Source: a virus
Taxonomy: Duplodnaviria; Caudoviricetes
Length of the DNA stretch: 34,564 bases
Direction: 5' to 3' (one strand)
IMG/VR virus record: IMGVR_UViG_3300045135_000767
Coordinates: 1 to 34,564 of that record
Of the stretch, positions 26,965 to 34,564 are shown in pieces. The notes below the pieces were generated by a model, which saw nothing but the letters and a program-made list of their open reading frames with translations, had not been told where the DNA came from and did no database searches. The position numbers were made by a program, and so were the translations under genes. Positions within the stretch are counted from its first letter, which is position 1. Each line of letters opens with the position of its first letter.

Positions 26965-27270
26965 ATGTCAGGCGAAGTAACAAAGAGCATTACTGCTCAA
27001 AACACATTCAGCGATGAGATCAAGGTGCAGGGCTACTTTAACTTGTCTGTCTCTGGTATTGCTGGCGGCTCTATTGTCACAGTACAAAAGCAGTCAGGTG
27101 TAGACGGTACTACTTGGACTGACGTTGATACATTCACTTCTGATATTGAAACGTTCGGCTTTGATCCTGAACGTAAGAATTATCGAGTAGGTATCAAGAC
27201 TGGTGAGTTTGGTTCAGGCACTACTAAGGTTCGACTCGGCTGCAAGTGGATTGATTACTTGTCGTCATGA
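26965..27270 (+). CDS. Hypothetical beta-rich protein
   Basis: GGAG RBS; ORF track. Confidence 0.7.
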   Translation: MSGEVTKSITAQNTFSDEIKVQGYFNLSVSGIAGGSIVTVQKQSGVDGTTWTDVDTFTSDIETFGFDPERKNYRVGIKTGEFGSGTTKVRLGCKWIDYLSS

Positions 27271-27545
27271 GTAAGTCGCTCTTAAAAAGGATAGGTGTGT
27301 CTGGGTATAACAAGCCCAAGCGCACACCTAATCACCCTACAAAATCTCATGTTGTTGTAGCCAAAGAAGGTGATAAAATTAAAACCATACGTTTTGGTCA
27401 ACAAGGCGTAAGTGGTTCACCTAAAAGAGAAGGTGAGAGTGATGCGGCTAGAAAGAGGCGCGAGTCTTTTAAAGCACGTCACGCAAAAAACATAGCCAAA
27501 GGTAAGATGTCTGCGGCATTTTGGAGTTCGAAGGAAAAGTGGTAA
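27267..27545 (+). CDS. Basic phage protein
   Basis: KSHVVVAKEGDKIKTIRFGQQG...SFKARH...SAAFWS. Confidence 0.8.
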   Translation: MSKSLLKRIGVSGYNKPKRTPNHPTKSHVVVAKEGDKIKTIRFGQQGVSGSPKREGESDAARKRRESFKARHAKNIAKGKMSAAFWSSKEKW

Positions 27546-27549
27546 GCGC

Positions 27550-27702
27550 ATGAAGAAGCCAAAGAAAGGGTTGTACTACAACATCATGAAGAAGCGCGAG
27601 CGCATTGCTGGTGGCTCTGGTGAGCGTATGCGTAAGCCAGGCACAAAGGGCGCACCAACTGCCGCTGATTTTAAAGCTGCCGCCAAGACGGCTAAGAGGT
27701 AA
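27550..27702 (+). CDS. Small basic protein, 50 aa (not in ORF track)
   Basis: MKKPKKGLYYNIMKKRERIAGGSGERMRKPGTKGAPTAADFKAAAKTAKR*. Confidence 0.8.
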   Translation: MKKPKKGLYYNIMKKRERIAGGSGERMRKPGTKGAPTAADFKAAAKTAKR

Positions 27703-27705
27703 ACC

Positions 27706-27957
27706 GTGGAACAATCCTTTATCAACATGCTCGCTGGCGCTGTGTCGATCTTATTCGGATGGATACTTAAGACGGTATGGGACGCAGTTAAAGACTTACA
27801 GAAAGCCGATGACGAGCTGATTGATAAAGTGAATAAGATTGAGGTCTTGGTTGCTGGTGAATACGTTAAGCGCGAAGACTTCAAAGCCGATATGGATAGA
27901 CTGTTTAACAAGCTAGATGCGATAGATAAGAAGCTCGATACCAAGGCTGACAAGTGA
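27706..27957 (+). CDS. Membrane protein (N-terminal TM plus coiled coil), lysis-associated
   Basis: TM helix then heptads; position. Confidence 0.7.
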   Translation: MEQSFINMLAGAVSILFGWILKTVWDAVKDLQKADDELIDKVNKIEVLVAGEYVKREDFKADMDRLFNKLDAIDKKLDTKADK

Positions 27958-28385
27958 TAGCAGAGCTTGCCGCGTTCAATGCCGCTTTTGGAGTGGTTAA
28001 GGAGTTTGTAGCGAACGGCAAAGACCTGTCTGATTGTTTTGGTTTCATCGGTCAGATGACCACAGCCAAAGAAGATTTAAAGTTACGGCAAGCAAAGAAG
28101 AATGGCTTTACCAGTGACGCTGAAGAATTCGCCGCACTGGAACAGATAAAGCAGGCCGAAGACGAGTTAAGAGAGTTGATGCAGTATTACGGTCGAGCAG
28201 GGCTGTGGGAGGACTTCGTTAAGTTCCAAGCTGAAGCTCGCAAGGCTAGGCTGTTAGAGCGTAACGAAAGAATCGAGAAGATCAATCAACGATGGCAGTA
28301 TGCAAGTCTTATAGTCGCTGGCTGTCTTGGACTCATTGGTGCGTACGCTATCTTTATGGTCGCGCGAGCAATATCAGGAGGCTAG
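27954..28385 (+). CDS. Hypothetical protein with C-terminal TM
   Basis: GTGA coupling; hydrophobic C-terminus. Confidence 0.7.
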   Translation: MIAELAAFNAAFGVVKEFVANGKDLSDCFGFIGQMTTAKEDLKLRQAKKNGFTSDAEEFAALEQIKQAEDELRELMQYYGRAGLWEDFVKFQAEARKARLLERNERIEKINQRWQYASLIVAGCLGLIGAYAIFMVARAISGG

Positions 28386-28386
28386 T

Positions 28387-28731
28387 ATGTGGCAGGCGTT
28401 AATAGCACCAGTCTCAAACCTTGTTGGCGGTTACTTAAAGAACAAGGCTGAAGAAAAACAGGCTGTACATGAGCGCAAGCTGGAAGTTATTAAACACGAA
28501 GCAAACTGGGACAATATCCAAGCCACTAACTCAGCGACAAGCTGGAAAGATGAGTGGTTTACCGTGTTATTTTCTATCCCCTTGATTATGGCATTCGTAC
28601 CAGAAATGGTACAGATCGTCCGAGACGGTTTCGATGTGTTAGAGGGTATGCCAGACTGGTACAAAGGCTTCTTAGGTGCGGCGGTCGCGGCATCGTTTGG
28701 AATACGGACGTTATCTAAATGGAAAAGCTGA
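28387..28731 (+). CDS. Putative holin
   Basis: SWKDEWFT..FSIP, MPDWY...AAVAASFGIR; two TMs; precedes the lysozyme. Confidence 0.7.
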   Translation: MWQALIAPVSNLVGGYLKNKAEEKQAVHERKLEVIKHEANWDNIQATNSATSWKDEWFTVLFSIPLIMAFVPEMVQIVRDGFDVLEGMPDWYKGFLGAAVAASFGIRTLSKWKS

Positions 28732-29138
28732 TCGCTCAGTTAAAACTACACGAAGGCTCACGCACTCACGCCTACGACTGCCCTGCTGGTTATATAACTA
28801 TAGGGGTCGGCAGGAATATCGACCCTAACGGCGGTCTGGGGCTGTCTGAGGACGAGATCAACTATCTACTCAGGAATGACATCGAGAGGTGCTATCGAGA
28901 GCTTGATCGCTTCTCGTGGTTTGAAGACCTAGACCAAGTGAGACAAGAGGCATTGGTTAACATGCTGTTTAACCTTGGCCTACCCACATTCTTGGAGTTT
29001 AAGAAGACTCTAAAGTTTGTGGCCGAGGGTAAATACTCTCAAGCTGCTGAAGAAATGCTCCGTTCCAAGTGGGCTGACCAGGTTGGAGACAGAGCAAAGG
29101 AACTAGCATACATGGTGGACACTGGATGCTATATGTAA
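28719..29138 (+). CDS. Endolysin, GH24 (T4-type) lysozyme
   Basis: HEG.R...Y.CPAGYITIGVGRN; NMLFNLG; SKWADQVGDRA. Confidence 0.9.
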   Translation: MEKLIAQLKLHEGSRTHAYDCPAGYITIGVGRNIDPNGGLGLSEDEINYLLRNDIERCYRELDRFSWFEDLDQVRQEALVNMLFNLGLPTFLEFKKTLKFVAEGKYSQAAEEMLRSKWADQVGDRAKELAYMVDTGCYM

Positions 29139-29518
29139 CTCTGGGGTTTGTACTCTGGGTTTTCGGTTAGCTTCTTCAGCTCACCTCTGTAATGCGCTGA
29201 TATTTCTTTCTTAACCATATCGTTAGCTTTGAATACCTGATTGCGCTTTTCTCTTAGCAAGTCCATGTGACCCTCTCCGAAATACTGATTAAGCCAATCC
29301 GAAAACTGCACTGGGTTCTCCGTAAATAACCTATGGCACCAATGGCATAAGCATACCGCGTTATCTAATGACCACCTAACAGACTTTAATCTGCGTCCGT
29401 ATATGTGGGCACACTCCATTCTTGAGTCTGTCTTGTGGCAATGCTCACAAGTATAACCAGCCTTTAACCTAACGACATCACTGAAGTGTTTGTCGCACGC
29501 ATCCCTCTTGATCGCCAT
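29129..29518 (-). CDS. ninG: NinG/Rap-like recombination endonuclease
   Basis: FSDVVR...CEHC...ECAHIYGRR..SVRW..DNAVCLCHWCH. Confidence 0.75.
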   Translation of the reverse strand: MAIKRDACDKHFSDVVRLKAGYTCEHCHKTDSRMECAHIYGRRLKSVRWSLDNAVCLCHWCHRLFTENPVQFSDWLNQYFGEGHMDLLREKRNQVFKANDMVKKEISAHYRGELKKLTENPEYKPQSYI

Positions 29519-29675
29519 CTTTATCCTCCATTGTCCACTTCTTCTCACGCCCGACTGCTGGCGCGAAAGTTAAACAGCCTTCACACATCCAGCCCTTTAG
29601 CCTGAAGTTTTCGGTTGCTGTAAAAATCTCAGTCATCTGCTGGTTGCAATCATCACATATCATTATCGCGATCAT
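29478..29675 (-). CDS. Small Zn-finger protein
   Basis: CDDC...CEGC; GAGGAGG RBS. Confidence 0.65.
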   Translation of the reverse strand: MIAIMICDDCNQQMTEIFTATENFRLKGWMCEGCLTFAPAVGREKKWTMEDKDGDQEGCVRQTLQ

Positions 29676-29877
29676 CCCTCACCTCCTCAATTAAAAACTC
29701 CAAGTAGTGCTTGGCCTTTAACAAATCGTCAATGCCGTTCTTGTCTCGCCATCTGCTGACGTACTTGACTACATTGCCTTCGCAAAAACTTAGCTTATTA
29801 GCCATAATGTATTCAATGGGCTGGATGCCTTTGTTTTTATAGTGGCTGCCGCCGATCTGGTAATCCTTTGCGCTCAC
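29653..29877 (-). CDS. DUF3310 family protein
   Basis: QIGGSHY...IQPIEYI...FCEGNVVKYVSRWRDKNGIDDLLKAKHYL. Confidence 0.88.
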   Translation of the reverse strand: MSAKDYQIGGSHYKNKGIQPIEYIMANKLSFCEGNVVKYVSRWRDKNGIDDLLKAKHYLEFLIEEVRDDRDNDM

Positions 29878-31040
29878 ACGCTCACCTTAAAGCGGCTATG
29901 CTCACCTGCTTCTTTGTGTAGTAGTACGCTGGTCATTGATCTGCTAGATCCGTAACCACTGGCGGCGTGCCAAGCGTCTTGGGACGGAAGAACATTCCAA
30001 TGTTCCAGGAGCATACCACCGATTTCTTGCGCTTGTTTATGATGTATATGACCGAGCCATGCGAAACGATGCTTAGACTCACCCCATTCTTTCGCCAGAT
30101 TCCGAGTAACCGATTCATAAATTCTCTGAGCATTGATTCTGTCTCCATGGTGCAAAGCTATTAAGTTTTCACCCCACACAAAGTGCAGGAATTTATTGTA
30201 ATTATCAAAGGTCTTAACTCTTGGCTCAGACTCGTAATACATCTTGAGCATTTCATTCAGCCACAGTGAGGCATCGGGATCGTGGTTACCGCGCACATTA
30301 ATAATCCACACTTCATCGTGCGACTCTAGCATCCGAGTCACCAGGCGTTTATACAATTTACCTGCTCGGTTGATAATGCGTCCAGCCCTACCATCCACAT
30401 CTAAGGGCGTATCGTTACCCGTAGTACCCTTTAGGCTATTGGCGTGGAAGAAGTCACCTAGATTAATGAGACACCCTGTACCTGCGTGGTTGCTCGCATG
30501 AGCCAGTGTATCTACTGCGTTAAATAGAGTAGTGCAGGCGATGTCTAAATCCCAAGCAGGCCCACCAGTTTCGGGAGGCCATGCAAGCATACCCAGGTGA
30601 TGGTCACCCAGTAAATAACAGGCCAATAGGTCTTCGTCTTTCTCATGCTTTGGTTTCTTGGTAGGCTCTGCCTTACCCTGAACATCTTCTATTAAACCTT
30701 CTTTGAAGTCTTCTAGCGCCTGCTGGAACATGCTCTCAGTATCTGCTTGGCTCTTAACCCACTGGCCTACTGGCTTGCCTTCATCGTTATAGTAGGTGGA
30801 TATACCTTTAATGGTATGGCCTAGCGGTACAGTGTGGATCATGTCGTGACTGGGTGAGTAGCCTTGCCTGACTGCTGCAAGGTTTACCTTTTGAAGATGG
30901 CGCTCAACTACGCGCTCATTGATTTGTAGTTTGTTAGCAATCTTAGAGTTGCTTAAGCCTTGGATTTTGTAATCAATGATTTCTATCTGTCTATCTGTGT
31001 ACGCGTACCGCCTTAGTATTTCCCATTTGCTTTCTGTCAT
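29874..31040 (-). CDS. Calcineurin-like metallophosphoesterase with N-terminal LuxR-like HTH
   Basis: GDHH, LGD, GNHD, HHGD and GHIH motifs; TDRQIEII..GLSNSKIANKLQI. Confidence 0.85.
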   Translation of the reverse strand: MTESKWEILRRYAYTDRQIEIIDYKIQGLSNSKIANKLQINERVVERHLQKVNLAAVRQGYSPSHDMIHTVPLGHTIKGISTYYNDEGKPVGQWVKSQADTESMFQQALEDFKEGLIEDVQGKAEPTKKPKHEKDEDLLACYLLGDHHLGMLAWPPETGGPAWDLDIACTTLFNAVDTLAHASNHAGTGCLINLGDFFHANSLKGTTGNDTPLDVDGRAGRIINRAGKLYKRLVTRMLESHDEVWIINVRGNHDPDASLWLNEMLKMYYESEPRVKTFDNYNKFLHFVWGENLIALHHGDRINAQRIYESVTRNLAKEWGESKHRFAWLGHIHHKQAQEIGGMLLEHWNVLPSQDAWHAASGYGSSRSMTSVLLHKEAGEHSRFKVSV

Positions 31041-31050
31041 AGGTCACCCC

Positions 31051-31377
31051 CTAAGTTTGCGCCCTGTTAGCTGCTCGCTCTGAGGCTTCCACAGTGCGCC
31101 ATGCGTCAATGTATGCTTGGGCGGCATGATAGCATACCTTTGCCTTTATAGCCTCTGTACGGGCTTCTATGGCGGCCTGACGCGCCTCTTTGTATTCGTA
31201 GTCGTCTTCGGCTCTCATGTCTGCTTCGGACACACCGCACCCTGAGTCTTTATGTTGTAGTGCGATCTTTGCTTTGACCGATTTGAGACTACCTTCTAGT
31301 AAGTTGGCGGCCTGCTCTTTGTCAGCCCAGTCCGTTCCTACTCGAACGAGTTTTTCGTAAACGCTTTGCGGATTCAT
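31051..31377 (-). CDS. Hypothetical helical protein
   Basis: ORF track; ends DAWRTVEASER. Confidence 0.75.
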   Translation of the reverse strand: MNPQSVYEKLVRVGTDWADKEQAANLLEGSLKSVKAKIALQHKDSGCGVSEADMRAEDDYEYKEARQAAIEARTEAIKAKVCYHAAQAYIDAWRTVEASERAANRAQT

Positions 31378-31504
31378 AAGCTATTTCCACATGCTTCTTG
31401 ACTAGCGGCCTGAAGTGCTCTGGCACGTTTGCTAACATCTCGCGCCGATTGTCCCGCGATTTCTCTCGGATAATCTCTAGCGCATAAGTCCTCGGCCACT
31501 TCAC
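31322..31504 (-). CDS. Possible small protein overlapping both neighbours
   Basis: WPRTYALEII...LANVPEHFRPLVKKHV reads as a real amphipathic protein; GGTGG upstream. Confidence 0.55.
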   Translation of the reverse strand: MKWPRTYALEIIREKSRDNRREMLANVPEHFRPLVKKHVEIAYESAKRLRKTRSSRNGLG

Positions 31505-31772
31505 TGATCCACCTTTGTCTTAAGACTTTACTGCCAGGCCTTCGAAAACGTACAACATGGTTTTGCCCTACTCTATCAACTAATCCCTGTGATTGCATCT
31601 CAATTAGCAATTGCGAGATTCGCTGCTTAGTGGTAACTCTCTGCGCTGGCCCGTCCAATCGGTTTAATCTATCAAGCATATCTGAGGCGGTAAACTCATC
31701 ACCCATTTGATAAACTTGGGTAGACATGATCTGCGCTATTTGTTCTTTGGTGGTACCGTTCTTACGCGTCAT
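31374..31772 (-). CDS. Winged-HTH-like hypothetical protein
   Basis: EFTASDML...QRISQLLIEMQSQGLVDRVG; start 31772 or 31784. Confidence 0.65.
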   Translation of the reverse strand: MTRKNGTTKEQIAQIMSTQVYQMGDEFTASDMLDRLNRLDGPAQRVTTKQRISQLLIEMQSQGLVDRVGQNHVVRFRRPGSKVLRQRWISEVAEDLCARDYPREIAGQSARDVSKRARALQAASQEACGNSL

Positions 31773-32115
31773 ATGCCTGCCCATATTTATGAGTAAAGTA
31801 TTGGCGCATGCGTTCTTTGACTGCGCCTTCTAGCCAACTGATGTCTGTAAGTTCGTCCAGATTTGATCTATCACGTACTGACTTCTTCTGATTGCTTTTA
31901 AACGGCGAAGACCCGCCTCGATCCTGCGCCCTCGCCAGCCAAGAATTGACGAATCGCTTAATCCCCGCTTGAGTCTTTCGCTTCTTGGGATTGGCATCGA
32001 GCCAACTCTCCATCTTCGACAACTCCGCGAAAACGTCAACGGCTGGATAGGTCTTCTGCCATTGTATAATGTCTGCTTCATCTGCTTCCCAGTCCTCTCC
32101 AGTATTTAAAATCAT
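31762..32115 (-). CDS. Replication-protein C-terminal-like domain
   Basis: WQKTYPAVDVFAELSKMESWLDANPKKRKT..GIKRFVNSWLARAQ. Confidence 0.6.
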   Translation of the reverse strand: MILNTGEDWEADEADIIQWQKTYPAVDVFAELSKMESWLDANPKKRKTQAGIKRFVNSWLARAQDRGGSSPFKSNQKKSVRDRSNLDELTDISWLEGAVKERMRQYFTHKYGQAYDA

Positions 32116-32126
32116 CTAGTCACCAC

Positions 32127-32405
32127 TCATAAAAGCCAGTTAATTTTTAGGGTGCGATGAATTTTGATTAAATCTTTAAAGTCGAAATCGCAGTAAGCGC
32201 AATCAATTAGTGAGACTGTAATCCCTTGCTCATCGAATACTTCAGAGATTGAGATTGCTGCAAACCCCTCATCTCCATCGGTATATAAACATGTGCTTTG
32301 GTCTTCGTTGAATCTAAAATCAGCAGATAGTGTTTGAGTCCATAATCTGATTTCATCGTGATCGTTAAACCCAAATTCTTTTGGTGCTAAATTTTCTGCT
32401 TTCAT
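32127..32405 (-). CDS. Copy of 163..441
   Basis: Identical translation. Confidence 0.7.
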   Translation of the reverse strand: MKAENLAPKEFGFNDHDEIRLWTQTLSADFRFNEDQSTCLYTDGDEGFAAISISEVFDEQGITVSLIDCAYCDFDFKDLIKIHRTLKINWLL

Positions 32406-32605
32406 AATTTCCACTCCGCAATTTTTACTTTTTCACCGTAGCGATTAAGGATAGTTTTAAATCCAGTCTGTATGTTATGGCCTTTGCTTCTGAGTTCAGA
32501 TATTCGTGCTGGCGCTTCTAGGATTCCTAGATTATCCCAGGCGTTTAATCGAGTCAGAGTTTTCCCTTCCTTCAAGTATTCTAGGATTCTTTCTTGTTGT
32601 GTCAT
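32402..32605 (-). CDS. Copy of the HTH_39-like protein
   Basis: Identical translation. Confidence 0.8.
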   Translation of the reverse strand: MTQQERILEYLKEGKTLTRLNAWDNLGILEAPARISELRSKGHNIQTGFKTILNRYGEKVKIAEWKL

Positions 32606-32620
32606 AACTCCCTCCAGAGT

Positions 32621-32794
32621 TTAGTGCAATGTACTAACGTCTTTCTGCTGCATGATGATCTCGGTTAACAGGTAACTTAAATCCTCATATTCTAAAGAAG
32701 TGAATAGATCAACACCGTCATCAGTAATTAAGATAGAGACGTAATCAGTGTCTTTGTCTTTCATACCATTAACAATCTTTTCATAAATATCCAT
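32621..32794 (-). CDS. Copy of 657..830
   Basis: Identical sequence. Confidence 0.7.
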   Translation of the reverse strand: MDIYEKIVNGMKDKDTDYVSILITDDGVDLFTSLEYEDLSYLLTEIIMQQKDVSTLH

Positions 32795-32806
32795 CCACAC
32801 TTACCC

Positions 32807-33039
32807 TTTTGATGTCCTATCGGACAACAATAAGTTAATTAGTAATGACGAGCAATGATTACCGTATCGAATCTTGACATCTATTCCCGTTACCTGCTCT
32901 CGGCACTGGGAGGCGCATCATGGAGAGGGTCAACTCCGCTCCGAGGTTCTAGTTCCTCGGCCTAACGCCCGATAATCTCTGCGATTCAATGTTGTAGATA
33001 GGTAGGGTCTTACTTACACTTACTACATCATTGGTCGCA
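32807..33039 (-). ncRNA. Copy of the candidate structured leader 843..1075
   Basis: Identical sequence. Confidence 0.45.
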
Positions 33040-33104
33040 ACCTAATGATACTCCCCCGCACCCCTCCAGTGCAATAGACACCCCCCTTAATTGGGGGGTT
33101 TCTT

Positions 33105-33326
33105 TTAGTTAATAGTGATTTTTAATTCCAATCCTAGTGCTTCGCAGATCTCAGCAAGCCTTGCCAGTTTAATATCGTCGATATTCTTAGCCTTCCGATA
33201 GTTGCTGACTGATTGCTGTGTTACACCTAAACGCTTGGCTAATTCCTTGTTGGTAATCTCTTGCTCAAGCTGTGCAAATCTTATCATCTTGCCAACATCT
33301 ACATCAGAAAGGGATATCATCTTCAA
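33105..33326 (-). CDS. Copy of the XRE/Cro-like regulator
   Basis: Identical translation. Confidence 0.85.
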   Translation of the reverse strand: MKMISLSDVDVGKMIRFAQLEQEITNKELAKRLGVTQQSVSNYRKAKNIDDIKLARLAEICEALGLELKITIN

Positions 33327-33558
33327 AATCCTCTTGTACCACTTGTTTGGCCTGCTGGATAGCTGGCTGCGCTACTGCGTCTTTAGCCTTGACCGATAGA
33401 GAGAAAAACTTCTTACCCTGTTTACTCTCTTTAACCCAGGCGGATAGGTAGTGGTCAACGCCGTTAACATCTATCGACCCTGTAAAGTCTGGGTGTGTCT
33501 CTTTCTCTTTCTTGTCATTGCGGAATAGTACTCCGCGATTCGTGTTATCGTATTCCAT
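33304..33558 (-). CDS. Copy of the SSB-like protein
   Basis: Identical translation. Confidence 0.75.
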   Translation of the reverse strand: MEYDNTNRGVLFRNDKKEKETHPDFTGSIDVNGVDHYLSAWVKESKQGKKFFSLSVKAKDAVAQPAIQQAKQVVQEDFEDDIPF

Positions 33559-33561
33559 GAT

Positions 33562-34197
33562 TTACGCTCCTGTTGCTGTACGGAATTCGGTTGATTTCAT
33601 GGTTGCGCGTTCTTCCGTAGTAAACACACCGCCTTTGCTTGGGGCTTTCCATAACCCAACTTTTTCTTCTTCCGTGAGTTCGTCCCAGGCTTCTTTGGCC
33701 ATGACTAAATCGCCAATCTCAATGCCTGTTTTGATTGCCTCGATGCTATCCGCTAACTGATCGACCAGCTCCGCGTATTCATCCTTAACTGTTGACTGCT
33801 CGCCGTTGCGTAATACTGCTGCCTCTGCGTCATCATCGACCGCAGGAATTCCGAACAAGGCCTGTAAAGCGTACCGTCTTGCGTACGTAATCGCGCTACC
33901 TGCTGCTTGTGGATCGCCCTTAACCATGGGTAAAGTAAACTCATGCTCTAGCCACTGGCCACTGGTGTGCATTAGGCGAGTGACTACACCGATTGAATTA
34001 CCATCGCGGTGCGGTAGCTGCACGTAACTTAAACCGTTATCAAAGCATGGTTGCTTGATTGCCTTGATCACGCTCGTAAGGTCTGCGTAGCTTGATTTGA
34101 AGAAAGGGTTGGCGCTACCCTTAACAGCGCCTCCCATTGCTCCCTGTGCTGCGCATAGCGCCAGCGATAACTTCTCTAGTGATTCACTTGATTTCAT
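33562..34197 (-). CDS. erf: ERF recombinase (allele B, 10 aa differences from allele A)
   Basis: GSAITYARRYALQALFGIPAVDDDAEAA. Confidence 0.92.
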   Translation of the reverse strand: MKSSESLEKLSLALCAAQGAMGGAVKGSANPFFKSSYADLTSVIKAIKQPCFDNGLSYVQLPHRDGNSIGVVTRLMHTSGQWLEHEFTLPMVKGDPQAAGSAITYARRYALQALFGIPAVDDDAEAAVLRNGEQSTVKDEYAELVDQLADSIEAIKTGIEIGDLVMAKEAWDELTEEEKVGLWKAPSKGGVFTTEERATMKSTEFRTATGA

Positions 34198-34466
34198 AAC
34201 TTACCCTCCATTGCTTTAAGTACTGCGCCGCTAAATGCATCTAGCAGTGCATCGAACGCCTTGTCTGAATCGTTAGACTCCCAGGCATATAAGATCTTGT
34301 CTAAATAGTCATCCATGTTAGCCACATACTCACCAACAACAATTTCCGCTAATAGCGTTTTGTTCTCGCGTGCCATGTCCAATATGCGCATTTCTGCGCA
34401 CTCTGGGCAGACAGTGTGGTTAGTGATTAAAAGTTCCTTACCGCAGTAATGGCAGTCTTCATGCAT
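34194..34466 (-). CDS. Allele B of the Zn-ribbon protein 2230..2502
   Basis: Same frame; NHMSC becomes NHTVC, DAILD becomes DALLD. Confidence 0.8.
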   Translation of the reverse strand: MHEDCHYCGKELLITNHTVCPECAEMRILDMARENKTLLAEIVVGEYVANMDDYLDKILYAWESNDSDKAFDALLDAFSGAVLKAMEGKL

Positions 34467-34564
34467 TTTTGTGTCCCTCGCATTCCAGTTCAGCGTATCG
34501 CTCATCAAAGCCAGCCAAGTAGTCTGGGTCATTGTCGAGCGGGTTGGTGTAAAGTTCAGCATCA

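Larger units (their letters stand above)
31965..34564. repeat. Terminal direct repeat, copy 2 (divergent from 33703)
   Basis: Offset +31,964 from copy 1. Confidence 0.97.

Noticed and set aside
1-34564. Stop-codon reassignment
   Set aside because: Core genes are intact in the standard code and TAA, TAG and TGA all end genes

Overview
The window is a complete ~31,964-bp tailed dsDNA phage genome (podovirus-like) plus a 2,600-bp terminal overlap (1..2600 recurs at 31965..34564). It has two divergent arms. The minus-strand early arm carries an ERF recombinase, an SSB-like protein, several small HTH proteins, a replication-protein C-terminal-like domain, an HTH-fused metallophosphoesterase, DUF3310 and a NinG/Rap-like nuclease. 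The plus-strand late arm carries TerS/TerL, a T7/BPP-1-like portal, scaffold, capsid, tail tubular A/B, four internal virion proteins, two beta-helix tailspikes, holin and GH24 lysozyme. I recognised no DNA or RNA polymerase, helicase, integrase, RT/DGR, tRNA or CRISPR. Most notable points: (1) the two terminal copies look identical for 1,738 bp, then become ~87% identical alleles from inside the ERF gene; (2) two ORF-free, highly structured minus-strand regions are candidate novel ncRNAs (~3130-3510 and ~845-1075); (3) CCGG is almost absent except for 4 sites in the tailspike bodies; (4) a small post-capsid protein has a paralog fused to an extra domain; (5) the capsid leader can fold two ways. 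All protein calls come from motif recognition and synteny, and all counts are manual.
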